Shown here: positions 1 through 10,206 of the stretch, in pieces
How positions within the stretch are numbered: the first letter of the stretch is position 1
Layout of the letters: each line of letters begins with the position of its first letter
Assembly: GCA_946965045.2 (NCBI GenBank)
Contig: OX337228.1
Span: 2,728,001-2,792,000, forward strand
Direction: 5' to 3'
Length of the DNA: 64,000 nt
Source of the DNA: Epithemia pelagica
Taxonomy: Eukaryota > Protista > Bacillariophyta
Position numbers and translations under genes: made by a program
Notes under the pieces: model-generated
Seen by the model: the letters and a program-made list of their open reading frames with translations, nothing else
Databases searched by the model: none
What the model was told of the DNA's origin: nothing

Positions 1-87
1 CAGAAGCCTGGCAAGAGGTGCGACCCTTCTTTAGTCAGTCCCACCACGCCTCTGAATTTTGAAAGGGACCATGTTGGTTATTGGGTG

Positions 88-708
88 TACTCGTAAGGGC
101 TGGGTAAGCCGATCCATGTTCGGCTAAGTAGGCTCAGTACATTAAGCTACGTAGTACTATTTTCATCACTGTAACAAGTGGGGCGAATGGTCACAAATCG
201 AAAACTTGCTGCCACGAGAAACAATGCAATCCGGAAACCATCGCTCGACAATGGTGGAAGCCATCACCCCCATGACCATAACTTCCTCAATAATAGAGCT
301 TGACTCGACCGCTTTGACAATAAGATTATTTACTACTAGAGTGACTATGCTTTCAATTCGGTCGAGTCACCGTTGAGAAATGAATGAGTTAGGAAGGTTT
401 TTGGATTACATCACCACAGAAAAATGAGTATACCTTTTGATCCAACGCGACAAATCTTCTGTAGCTGCAGAACACAGTAATACTAGCAAACTCAAACAAC
501 TTACAGTAGTAGGATGTTGATGCGATGCATCGGTAAATGCATGCGGCATCAACGGATCTCGCCGTCATCGTGGAGTGTTTTTGCATTTTTTCGGACTTCC
601 TACCATTTCAGGTAATACGTGTACTATGGGATTTTATGTACGCTACGTAGCTTTTGTACTGAACCTACTTAGCCGAACATGGATCGGCTTATCCAGCCCT
701 TACGAGTA
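88..708. mobile_element. MITE-like non-autonomous DNA transposon, about 65-bp TIRs, TA at both ends (Tc1/mariner-type footprint)
   Basis: 88-154 (TACTCGTAAGGGCTGGGTAAGCCGATCCATGTTCGGCTAAGTAGG...CTACGTAG) is the reverse complement of 643-708 with about 4 mismatches; both ends are bounded by TA; no transposase ORF inside. Confidence 0.85.
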
Positions 709-1126
709 ATGAAATGACAAAAGAACAAAGACCCAACGGACGGAGTTTGTAGAGTTTGATGTACCTGACAAAGGGTATTGTAAAGGGTGGCACAGGCACA
801 ACTCAGCGCATCGTCCAGCGTCATCGCCCGTATTCATAATATGAAAGCCTTAAGCGTGACACACATGCGTCAGTTTCGTATCGCCAGGATGTCGCAGAAA
901 CCATTATTTAGGCCTTAGACATCCAAATCTTCAGTGTTCTTCGGCGACTGACGACCCGAAACATTTTTCTTGCGCCCGCAACCGAGACATCCATCTCGCT
1001 CTCCCTTTCCCTCCATGGTTTTGGTTTTGTGTAACAAATAAAATGTTGGCGACCATCATGATTAGCCCTGGATCCAGTTGCCTGGAAGGAGAAGATATAG
1101 GAGACCAGTGGATAAGAGAGTCAAGT

Positions 1127-2086
1127 ATGATCCACCTATTTGCCGTGTTTGTCTTCTTCCTCCTCTGGAAACTACATAGGTGTCTTGGACGCACGCTGTT
1201 TGATGACATACTTGATAAATCTTCTTTCGCACGACAGGATGTCACGTCCTTGAATGGCAGTGTCAACTCTGTGGAAACCAACAAACAAGCAAGAATATCC
1301 AACTCTGAACAGATAACGATATCAAATGATTTGTGGCTTCAAAAGGAAGCTTCAGAGTCCACATCGGCTGAGAGGTCAAGATTCTTTGCTGCCAAAGGGG
1401 ACCAGGCAGCAAAATCTCTTCAACTGTACCTAAGTTGGCGAAAGCAATATTTCCTACTGGAGCAGGATATTGAGTATACGCCAACTGGAAATGAAGATCA
1501 AGACACCTGGAATATCTCAACACGTCTGGCATGTAAGATTCACAATGTCAAGAAGGAGGTTACGTTACCCCAATTTGTCAGAACCCACAAGTTGCCAACA
1601 TCCGATGGTGATCTTCGTGATGATCAAGGAGCTCGTATCTTTCATGTGACACCTGGTCGTATCGATGAGCGTTTGTGTGCAACGCCTACGTACGCAACTG
1701 CTCTGGCGATTTATCTCGACAAGAAATTGAGCCGTGAATCACTGGAAAAGATTGCGGTTGTTCTGGATGTTCGAGGTGGAATGGGATGGCGAAACTTGAA
1801 TGCTGCAAGTCAACTTCCCTTTATTCAGCACACATGTAGACTTCTTCTTGCAATGTTCCCGGAGCGCTTGTCAAGAGCCATTGTGTACCCCATTCCTGCT
1901 AGTTTTGTATGGTTGTGGTCCATTGCCTCGCGGTGCATTGATCCAAAAACAAGAAACAAGATCGGGGTGCTATCAGGCACTGCAACCATTCGAGCAAGGC
2001 CTCCAACTGATCAAATGCTAGCATACATGAGTGAAGAAACAGCAACTCGGTTGGAACAAGAGCGGGTGGACTCATTTGCTACGTAG
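1127..2086 (+). CDS. CRAL-TRIO (Sec14-like) lipid-binding protein with N-terminal hydrophobic anchor
   Basis: Motifs VVLDVRGG, AMFPERLSRAIVYPIPASFVWLWSIASRCIDPKTRNKI are typical of CRAL-TRIO. ATG at 1127 precedes a hydrophobic stretch; an upstream in-frame ATG exists at 1043. Confidence 0.85.
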   Translation: MIHLFAVFVFFLLWKLHRCLGRTLFDDILDKSSFARQDVTSLNGSVNSVETNKQARISNSEQITISNDLWLQKEASESTSAERSRFFAAKGDQAAKSLQLYLSWRKQYFLLEQDIEYTPTGNEDQDTWNISTRLACKIHNVKKEVTLPQFVRTHKLPTSDGDLRDDQGARIFHVTPGRIDERLCATPTYATALAIYLDKKLSRESLEKIAVVLDVRGGMGWRNLNAASQLPFIQHTCRLLLAMFPERLSRAIVYPIPASFVWLWSIASRCIDPKTRNKIGVLSGTATIRARPPTDQMLAYMSEETATRLEQERVDSFAT

Positions 2087-2237
2087 CAAAAGTTTGAAGC
2101 AAACAGACACTGATCAAGCCGAGGCGAAAGATTCACAAGGATCCTTGTACATAGGAAAAATCAATACTGTGGTTCTAGCGTATAATATTTCACATTATTT
2201 CCACCCCATCCCTCTCCTCTATTGAAGAAACGGTTCT

Positions 2238-3671
2238 TCAACTTTCGTAGCCTTCGAACAATCCTTGACTCAGCACCAAATTATACGGAAACGGTCTTGA
2301 AACCAATCGACCGCGTTTTCGGATACACAGACCTATTTCTTTGTCTACCAAGCTCTCCAATGTGGCTCGAATTGTATCAGCTTTGTCTCGAGTCAAAGGT
2401 TCTGAGACACCTCTGTAAACCATGAGATATACCATCAAGGGGACGAGAGATTGGTTACTCTCATCCATTCTGTTCGGGATGGTTTCTTTGATCGAATTTC
2501 TAGGTACATGTTTTAGCTCCCGAGCAGCAATTTCCGCCTTGATACCGTGCGGCAATCCTTCCTCTTCAAGCATTTTCAGAAGAAGATCACTTTCCTTGAA
2601 ATGTCGTTCCGTATATCCCAAGACGTCTAGTATTTCTGGTTCCAACTCAAGACGGATCTCATGCCGGCAACACAGTTGAAATTGCTCGTCGATTTCTCGC
2701 ATATTCTCTTTGTTGATAGGACCTTCTCTTTCAGGAACCATTGGTTGACCTGGAAGTCGAAACACATATCGTCTGGGCACTTCCTGAAACGTAGGAAACG
2801 GTCGATCGACACCACGGTGAGAGCTCAGGTTATAGTTCACTGCAAACGGCTCCACACGGTCTAGCAATAGCCCTGCGTCGTTGGCGTACATTGGTACGGT
2901 CCAGCTATCTCTCCATTCCTGCAAGTTAAGGGCTTCCAGTCCGCTTTGATCTTTCAACAAGGCCAAGTGAATTTCGCCACGTGTCGGCTCCAAAACTGTA
3001 GCGCAAGAGTTCAAAAATTCCTGCACGAGCCACCGATTTCGTCTATGATTTCTCTTTCCAGGCCAATGCGGAAAATTGAAGACGATACGATCAAGGCTGC
3101 CAGCCTGGAAATGGCTACTCAGATTTGTCGCATCAATACCAAACAAAACTTTGTGGCGTCTCCTCTGGCCACTGTGTTTCTCAACCCTCGACTGTTTGTC
3201 GGACAAGTCTACCCCACAGATAAGAGCTGTGTTGTTCACCGATTTGCGATAGACTCTTTGATGCGTCGTTTCATCTTCCAGTACTGTTGAGACGAGCTGT
3301 ACATGATCAGGGTTTAGCCTTGCCGCAATGGAGGCACTATAGGAAAGATCTCCGTCACCCACCACCAACCACACGGCCGGCTTGTCGTTGTCAGATGATG
3401 AAGTGATGTACGAGGGGAAAAGGGAGTCGCGTTCCAACTGGCTGTCGCTACATGACCGCAAGGGAGTTACTCTGATGCGAGAAGTGTAAAGTCTTTCTCT
3501 GCCATCATCCCCATAGTACGAGACAGACCATATTCTTGGTTTCAAGCAAGCCCTGTCCTTTCGAGCCGAGTAGTTTCGATTCGAGGTCCAAGGGTATCTA
3601 GCTGTGCTCTGAAACTGAATCAAAGCCCATGCGTTTGAAATCAGTACGACGACGTAAAAAATATTGTACAT
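2238..3671 (-). CDS. FDXACB1-like protein: BMT5/DUF2431 rRNA m3U methyltransferase-like domain plus C-terminal FDX-ACB-like domain, with signal peptide
   Basis: LVVGDGDLSYS, FGIDATNL, DRIVFNFPH, GEIHLAL, SHRGVDRPF match DUF2431; C-terminal CCRHEIRLEL and VYLMVYRGVSEPLTRDKADTIR resemble FDX-ACB. First ATG at 3671. Confidence 0.8.
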   Translation of the reverse strand: MYNIFYVVVLISNAWALIQFQSTARYPWTSNRNYSARKDRACLKPRIWSVSYYGDDGRERLYTSRIRVTPLRSCSDSQLERDSLFPSYITSSSDNDKPAVWLVVGDGDLSYSASIAARLNPDHVQLVSTVLEDETTHQRVYRKSVNNTALICGVDLSDKQSRVEKHSGQRRRHKVLFGIDATNLSSHFQAGSLDRIVFNFPHWPGKRNHRRNRWLVQEFLNSCATVLEPTRGEIHLALLKDQSGLEALNLQEWRDSWTVPMYANDAGLLLDRVEPFAVNYNLSSHRGVDRPFPTFQEVPRRYVFRLPGQPMVPEREGPINKENMREIDEQFQLCCRHEIRLELEPEILDVLGYTERHFKESDLLLKMLEEEGLPHGIKAEIAARELKHVPRNSIKETIPNRMDESNQSLVPLMVYLMVYRGVSEPLTRDKADTIRATLESLVDKEIGLCIRKRGRLVSRPFPYNLVLSQGLFEGYES

Positions 3672-3963
3672 TACTGCAAAAGGACGTTCCAAAGACGCTT
3701 GTTCATCTCGTTGTCAGTTCCGGAATGTGCCTTCGAAAATCTTTTCCATCGGAATTTATGAGAAAATCATCGCGTGTGGGTCGCCTGAAGGTATCACGTA
3801 AGGTTTGTCCCGTGCGTCTTTTTGTAGCGCGGGACTACCTACCGTGAAAAAGTGCGCAAGAGAAGACGACTCTCCGACACGAAGAAGACATCGTTCGCTT
3901 CCGGATTCCTTTCCGCGACCGTCAGATGAACCCCGCCAAACACAGCGCCACAATGAATTATGA

Positions 3964-6912
3964 ATGAGCCGTAGAGTCATCGATACGCTCTTTGACTTTG
4001 ACGGTATGGAAACAGGTCACTCCTCGGCCTCGATGTTAGTGGTTAATGGAGCATGGACCGTGTTCTTTGGTGCTCAGGCTTTTGCGTTACTGGCTTTGAT
4101 CACGCGGGTCCTTCGCATGCAAGAGATCTTTCGACGTTCTTCTTTTCTCAGTTTTCTTCACGATATCCAGAAAACATCGCCGGATCCTTTGATATTGTCC
4201 TCTTCAACATCGATCATTGGTTTCTTGGCTTCTGTGGTCACATTTGGACTTGTCGTGATCTACGCGCTTGTATGCGAGTACCAGCTGGTGTTCCGATCGA
4301 TATCGAAGCCCACGTTCGATCCTGATCAATTCAGTGCATGTCTTGTTGTTTGCTTCGGATTTGGTCTTTGTTACGAGGGAAAGAAAAAGACAACAACCCA
4401 ACCCCAGCCAAGTTTCGGTCAGTTGGAAAGAATACTTGAAGAAACCAAAGGTATTCTGCTGCTACTTTTTGTGCTTCATCGGTGTAGCCGTCATTCGGAT
4501 CCGAACGAGATTCTCCCGGAACGTGTATTCTATGCATTCTATACGTGGTGGACGAGTTTTACTCATGCCAATTACTTTCAAAAGACTGGGGATTTTGGAT
4601 GGAACGGAATCCTGCGGTCGTTGTGGAATCCGCTCTCGTTTCTACTCGTTTTTGGTTCGTCTACACATGGTGGAAATTGGATGAGGTATTTTCTCTGCTT
4701 TATCGAAGTCATGGCCCTTCTCGTGGCATATGTGGTGTGTCGTGTTGGCTCACCACCGCTGAATAGTACAAATCCCATACGGCGGCTTCAAATGAGTTGC
4801 TGTTCCATGGCAATTGTCTTTTTCCTGATATGGGATATGCCCACTAGCCATTGGTTCAGTTGGATCGTTGAAACATTCCTACGGGGGACAGGTTCGGATC
4901 AGGGTGATCACATCCATAGCACATTGCTAGAGTGGTATGTCCTGTCGACTCAGTATCATTGGTATGTTCTTTTCGGTATCTCTTTTTCCGTGAACTGGCC
5001 AAACACCCTTGTATGGATTGAGAGGGTTGACCGAGAGTGCAACCTTCATCTACGAAACGGTTTCTTTTCAGTGCTTGCTTGCACTGTTTCGTTGAGTGCT
5101 ATCAGCTTGGCTTCGTGGAAATGGCTTTCCATCTCAGAGGTCAAACGAGAAGCCCCGGTTCCTTTTGACTCGTCTTATATGGTGGTATGGACACCGTTGA
5201 TCCTGATGTACATTTACTTGCGAATATGCACAAATTGGATACGCCAACATTCTGTACGATTTTTTGAGCTGCTTGGAGAACACGCCTTGGAGGCGTACAT
5301 TTTGCACAATCACCTGGTTCTATGCTGTGACAATCGCAATCTTCTTTCCCTTCTTGCTCCTACCTGGCCGAAACTGAACATGATAATCGTCGTCACGATT
5401 TTCATTTTGGCGACCTTTTTGTTGTCGGCGGCCACCAGAGCGGTCAAAGGCATGTTGTTTCAGGATCCTGTAGCAAGTTCCAGGAACTTTGCCGGCATCT
5501 CGTTTTTCGCACTTTCGTGCCTTGTTCTCTCCACAGTTCTGCAGGTTTTCAATTTGTTAAATGTTTGGTTGGTTATGTTCCTTACGATCGGGATTGGCAT
5601 GACTATATATGTGCTAATCGTCCGCCTCACCGAAGGCAGCACGGTCGGCATTGGTGGCCATCAAGATCAAGTGCCCGCTCTCATTGGGACGCTCTTTGTT
5701 TGTGTTGCATGCATAGCCTGGCAATCGTTTCACGACAAAGGAGTGGCGTTGGGATGTCGTATACTGCTCCCAGCGGAATGTGCACAAGCAGTTCATCAGG
5801 GAATGTGGTTTCCCTTGGACGCTTGCAATGAAGCAAATCAGGCTTTCGCCTTCCATCAACATGGAGTTATATCCAGCGGGACTTGTGCCAATAGCGGTCC
5901 TACTGCTCTTACTTGGGGATGGCAAGAGACTCATCCCCGCCTCGATGCATGTCGTCCGACTCCCCGAGATGCTTCAACTTTGCTACGGCGCACCTTGAAG
6001 CACAGAAATATCACCTTTATTGGTGACAGTATGATTCGCCATTTGTACCACGCAACATGCAGGCAGGTTGGTCATCGGGAAGCGGGAGCGTACAATACCA
6101 GTTTGGGAAAATGGAGCGATTATAGTCGGGAGTACGTACCCAGCACTGTACTTGATTTTCGATGGGCACCGTATACAAGCCAGGTCATTCCACTCATACA
6201 GCAGCTCCAAGCAGGTTCCTCCATGAAACGCCCCGATGTTCTGGTTGTTGGGTGCGGTGCGTGGGATCTTCTGCACTTCACACGATCCCTGTCAAACCGA
6301 GCAGCATTGGATCTACGTATTAAACAACTAGCTCAAGAACTTGGAAGTTTGCAAAGGCTAGGACAATCTATTGTATGGGTAGAGCCCACAATAATCAACA
6401 CATGGGCCCTCACGAGCGATGACAAGAAAACGTACATGACGGAGGATCACATGACCAAAACGAGAAAACAGTACAAAGAGCATGGAGTCTTGCGTGCGGC
6501 CTCCTTTGTTTTGGATGGACAAGCTTTCTCTCGAGATCGCGTCGGCGAAAGTGTCGATGGTGTCCATTACCCACTCTCTGTTTATGATGGCGGCAGCCAA
6601 ATTTTGTTGAATGCTCTTGACTGGCTGCTACCACCAATCAAGGCACAGCAGAGGGATCCCGCCGTGGAAAGTTTGGTGAACCCGAATGCGGGACTTGTAG
6701 CTATGGTTCTCATTATTTGCATCATCTTTCTGGATTCATTCTTCGGAATTTCCTACGTATCTACGCTCTTTTTGTCTGGATCGACAAGTTTGGTAGACAC
6801 TCAAGGGCACATGAAGAATAAGACTAGCGACCACACACATCGAGCTCCGGAGGACCAAGAAATGGATACATTGTTGAACGACAAACGAATGGATACCATC
6901 GGAGACATATGA
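3964..6912 (+). CDS. Cas1p/RWA-like multi-TM O-acetyltransferase module fused to a C-terminal SGNH (TBL/PC-esterase-like) domain
   Basis: RWA-like blocks (YTWWTSFTHANYFQKTGDF, LEWY, YIYLRICT...LGEHALEAYILHNH), then NITFIGDSMIRHLY and DGVHYP (GDS and DxxH motifs), and a final TM segment. Confidence 0.8.
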   Translation: MSRRVIDTLFDFDGMETGHSSASMLVVNGAWTVFFGAQAFALLALITRVLRMQEIFRRSSFLSFLHDIQKTSPDPLILSSSTSIIGFLASVVTFGLVVIYALVCEYQLVFRSISKPTFDPDQFSACLVVCFGFGLCYEGKKKTTTQPQPSFGQLERILEETKGILLLLFVLHRCSRHSDPNEILPERVFYAFYTWWTSFTHANYFQKTGDFGWNGILRSLWNPLSFLLVFGSSTHGGNWMRYFLCFIEVMALLVAYVVCRVGSPPLNSTNPIRRLQMSCCSMAIVFFLIWDMPTSHWFSWIVETFLRGTGSDQGDHIHSTLLEWYVLSTQYHWYVLFGISFSVNWPNTLVWIERVDRECNLHLRNGFFSVLACTVSLSAISLASWKWLSISEVKREAPVPFDSSYMVVWTPLILMYIYLRICTNWIRQHSVRFFELLGEHALEAYILHNHLVLCCDNRNLLSLLAPTWPKLNMIIVVTIFILATFLLSAATRAVKGMLFQDPVASSRNFAGISFFALSCLVLSTVLQVFNLLNVWLVMFLTIGIGMTIYVLIVRLTEGSTVGIGGHQDQVPALIGTLFVCVACIAWQSFHDKGVALGCRILLPAECAQAVHQGMWFPLDACNEANQAFAFHQHGVISSGTCANSGPTALTWGWQETHPRLDACRPTPRDASTLLRRTLKHRNITFIGDSMIRHLYHATCRQVGHREAGAYNTSLGKWSDYSREYVPSTVLDFRWAPYTSQVIPLIQQLQAGSSMKRPDVLVVGCGAWDLLHFTRSLSNRAALDLRIKQLAQELGSLQRLGQSIVWVEPTIINTWALTSDDKKTYMTEDHMTKTRKQYKEHGVLRAASFVLDGQAFSRDRVGESVDGVHYPLSVYDGGSQILLNALDWLLPPIKAQQRDPAVESLVNPNAGLVAMVLIICIIFLDSFFGISYVSTLFLSGSTSLVDTQGHMKNKTSDHTHRAPEDQEMDTLLNDKRMDTIGDI

Positions 6913-6934
6913 TGTGCTTATAGTCGCATGTATG

Positions 6935-8188
6935 CTATGAAGGTTTGTAGTCAACAAATTGGGCAAATTCGTTTCGCTCTACAGCACGCAGTTTTTCTCC
7001 GACAGAGGTTCTGACACTGGTCCATGACTTTTTCGTTAGAGCTGCTTTATCCAATATGGCAGTAGCCTCTTCGAATGCAGCCTGTTCAGCGGTTCGGCCA
7101 CTTTGTTGGTCTTGTTCCTGGTCTTGTTCTACTTCCCTCATTTTGTCTTGAAATTCTGATAATTTCTCAAGCACAACGTCTTCAGGGTCAGATTCATCGG
7201 CAATCTGACCCAAGATGGCAACACTCTTGTAATCATCGTAACTCAGACCAATGGACGGAAGGGGTAGTCTCAAACACATTCGTGCGGCATCTCTGGATTC
7301 TTCAGCACGATTTGGAAAAGATGCTAGCACCTGTGCATAGTGAAGAAAAGTAGAACCGAACCCAGCAAATTTCTTGTTGCTTGCCTCCGCCGCAATCAAT
7401 GAAGACTGCTCATCTCCCTTCTCTCGATGCTGTTGTGACATGGCATCGTACAAGTCGGGGAAAGGACCAACACGAAGCAAAATGTACTTGTCAAGTCCAT
7501 ATCCCAGTTGAGCAACTGCCCCAGGTGTGTATGGAGCGTCGAGCGATGCGTCCGAAATCTTCCCCATACCAAGACCGCTGTTGTATATTTCAATACTTTC
7601 ATCTTCACCTTGCATTGCGTCGTCCCTTTCGCATGCGATTCTCCGCATCAAATGCTCGCTGTTCAAAGCAAGAAGTCTGAAGCCGGGTCCACCTAGTTTC
7701 GTCTCAACGATTGGCCACGGAAAGTTCTTGTTAGACTCCTCCGTTGAAGGGTTACGATAAGCACAAATGAATGCATCTGGCTGTGATGTTGACTGGGCTA
7801 TTGGAAACAAGTATGGATGCAAATTTGTCAGATCACTTCCCTCAGTTGCGTCATTGTCCGCCGCCAGGGATGCTGAAGCACCTCCAGTTAGGGCAGATAA
7901 CAGTTCTGGCATATCTTGTTCATGTAGTGAAGAAACTGGTTTCAAGTCGCCCGGCTTTCGACAATCCTGACTTCCCGGCGCACCATATTTTTGGAGAAGA
8001 GTTTGCAGTGTATCCAGACGAGAAAGGCAAGTTTCCAAGCTGAGAGACGACGATGTCAAAAATGCCCTGGTTTGAAGAACTCGCTGCTTCTGGTAGGGCA
8101 GGAATCCCTTTTGAGGAATGAACGCCGAAGTGGTGAAACGGCGGGGGATGGCCCACACGGCAGTCAGCAGCAGTTGGACCACCATCAT
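6935..8188 (-). CDS. PAB: Plastid ATP synthase assembly factor PAB homolog
   Basis: LHPYLFPIA, LLRVGPFPDLY, FAGFGSTFLHYA, EESRDAARMCLRLP match the PROTEIN IN CHLOROPLAST ATPASE BIOGENESIS family; presequence with SAF motif; first ATG at 8188. Confidence 0.8.
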   Translation of the reverse strand: MMVVQLLLTAVWAIPRRFTTSAFIPQKGFLPYQKQRVLQTRAFLTSSSLSLETCLSRLDTLQTLLQKYGAPGSQDCRKPGDLKPVSSLHEQDMPELLSALTGGASASLAADNDATEGSDLTNLHPYLFPIAQSTSQPDAFICAYRNPSTEESNKNFPWPIVETKLGGPGFRLLALNSEHLMRRIACERDDAMQGEDESIEIYNSGLGMGKISDASLDAPYTPGAVAQLGYGLDKYILLRVGPFPDLYDAMSQQHREKGDEQSSLIAAEASNKKFAGFGSTFLHYAQVLASFPNRAEESRDAARMCLRLPLPSIGLSYDDYKSVAILGQIADESDPEDVVLEKLSEFQDKMREVEQDQEQDQQSGRTAEQAAFEEATAILDKAALTKKSWTSVRTSVGEKLRAVERNEFAQFVDYKPS

Positions 8189-8423
8189 GGTTGAGCACAC
8201 ACCAATTCTCCTGAAAAGTGAGGAAGATTGGCAGAAAAACGACGGTGCACTCTCGTGACCTTACGCGTACGTGTTCGGCTTTCTGCGACTGATGCACCCC
8301 CCCCCGGAAATGCGTGGGTCTACCCCTCGAAGTTGAAAGGGCATCGTATTGTATAATCACTAATCACTACCCCCAAAATCACTTCCATTCAAGTCTCGTT
8401 CAAAGTTCGAAGGTGTCGAAGTT

Positions 8424-9806
8424 ATGCCGCAAACTCACGTCATTGACTTGTGTTCGGCATCAAGTGAGGAGGATGAAGAGCATTCCAGCAAGAAGATAAC
8501 TGAGAGGTCTAGTGCAATAACAGATTTGTCAAAGGATCGACCATCAACGGGCGGAAATCGGAAACGTGCACGACCAGCAGATCAAGAGGATGAGGTTGAC
8601 TGCCTGGTGTCAATGCGACATCCCAAGGCTTCAATGAAATCTCACGACGGTGGAAGGGCCAAACCGAAAATCTCTCATCCTGGTGAACTTGTTGTCCTGG
8701 AGGAAATCAAATCAAGCAAAGATTTTTGCCATTCTTCATTACCAATGACACAGCAACAAAATCCATTTGTGGCTGTTTACATTGAGGGAGATGGCGACAC
8801 GGCCATTGTGACAGATGGAATTGTGAACAATCTTCGTGCATATTGCCACACTATGGCAAACACCTCTTCGCAAAACAAACGATTCCTAGCTTCCTGTTGT
8901 CGATCGTCTGGTGACCACCCCGGTGCTGATCGTTTGAGTTGCCTCTGTCACATCCAACAAAAGGACAAATTCAGTTGTGGGTACCGAAACACGCAAATGC
9001 TTCTGGCGGCTCTTTGTAACTGGCTTTCTCCCGATCATCCCTATTTTGCACTATCTAACCAACACGTACGAGAGGCATCTCCAAGCGGACTATTTGCCAT
9101 CCCCTCCCTACAAACCCTTCAACGAATGATGGAATCAGGCTGGGCCATTGGACTGGATCCAGAGGGTGCTGCTCATTTCTCCGGAAGCATTGTGGGTAAA
9201 ACAAGCTGGATCGGTGCTGCAGAGGTATGGTCTTTGTTTGCTTATTGGAAAATGGACGCTTGTCTCGTACAATTTATTAAATGCCACGAGTCGAGACGCC
9301 TCTTGGGTTTCTTTTGCGCAGCCTACTTTTCACCACAATTTTCTTCCGCATGTTTGCATTGCTCGAGAGGAAGAATGAAATCGCGATCGTTTGTGGAACA
9401 ACTCCTAAAGTGTGCCGAACAAACGAGGTTGGAACGCGTTGTCCAGTCCAAGAAATCTTCTAATATTCCGGCGAAATCATCGTGTTCCTGTCTGATCCTA
9501 CCACTCTATCTACAATGGCAAGGCCATTCTGTCACGGTTGTGGGTGTAGAATCAGACTCGAAGGGACTGCCACGAAACCTTATTGTGTTGGATCCGCTGG
9601 CTGAAGGAAACCAATACAAACAGGACTGGAGTCGACGATATCCACCAAAAGCTCGTGTTCCTCTGGCCAAAGTAGAACGCAAGGATTGTCAACTAATTGT
9701 GGTTTCGCCTTTTGCGGCAAACCATCGACAGATCAATGCTGTCACAGCGGCTTCGGAAGCCGTACAGAGAGTAATCTATGGTGCCAATAAGAATGGAAAG
9801 ATATAG
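8424..9806 (+). CDS. ZUP1/Mug105-like peptidase C78 (deubiquitinase family)
   Basis: Catalytic SCGYRNTQML (Cys), LQWQGHSVTVVGVE (His), LIVLDP (Asp), and SWIGAAEV. Confidence 0.85.
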   Translation: MPQTHVIDLCSASSEEDEEHSSKKITERSSAITDLSKDRPSTGGNRKRARPADQEDEVDCLVSMRHPKASMKSHDGGRAKPKISHPGELVVLEEIKSSKDFCHSSLPMTQQQNPFVAVYIEGDGDTAIVTDGIVNNLRAYCHTMANTSSQNKRFLASCCRSSGDHPGADRLSCLCHIQQKDKFSCGYRNTQMLLAALCNWLSPDHPYFALSNQHVREASPSGLFAIPSLQTLQRMMESGWAIGLDPEGAAHFSGSIVGKTSWIGAAEVWSLFAYWKMDACLVQFIKCHESRRLLGFFCAAYFSPQFSSACLHCSRGRMKSRSFVEQLLKCAEQTRLERVVQSKKSSNIPAKSSCSCLILPLYLQWQGHSVTVVGVESDSKGLPRNLIVLDPLAEGNQYKQDWSRRYPPKARVPLAKVERKDCQLIVVSPFAANHRQINAVTAASEAVQRVIYGANKNGKI

Positions 9807-9817
9807 GATTGTGAGAT

Positions 9818-9867
9818 TACTCCTACTCCTACTCTAGCTAGAGTAGGAGTACTAGGAGTAGGAGTAG
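9818..9867. repeat. 49-bp foldback built from TACTCC units
   Basis: 9818-9831 TACTCCTACTCCTA is the reverse complement of 9853-9866; 9824-9851 is a perfect 28-bp palindrome. Confidence 0.9.
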
Positions 9868-9948
9868 TTGTTTGGGGAGACCAGGTAGCATGTGTAGGTG
9901 GTGGTAGCCGACGGGGCAATAGAACAGTTGCCATCGGTGTTTTCGATA

Positions 9949-10159
9949 CGCATCGTACCGCCCCCGGTCAAGAAGGGACCGACGGACGAACGCTGATCGA
10001 GTCATCGCACCCAAAGGAGTTCCTGGAAGAAGAGAGTGTGTTGGGACGGTCTTTGTGAAGACTGTCCCAACAAAGTTTCAACAATCATAAATTGTTGGAA
10101 AGAAGATTTGTGAAGGTCATCGTTGGATTTGATCACCCTACGGTTCTTTACATTCTTCT
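9949..10159 (+). repeat. Split direct repeat A1 (211 bp)
   Basis: Identical by eye to 18247-18457. Confidence 0.95.
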
Positions 10160-10206
10160 CCCTGTTCGACCGTGCCATCCACCTCATCCTTGTCTGCGTT
10201 TGCGTG

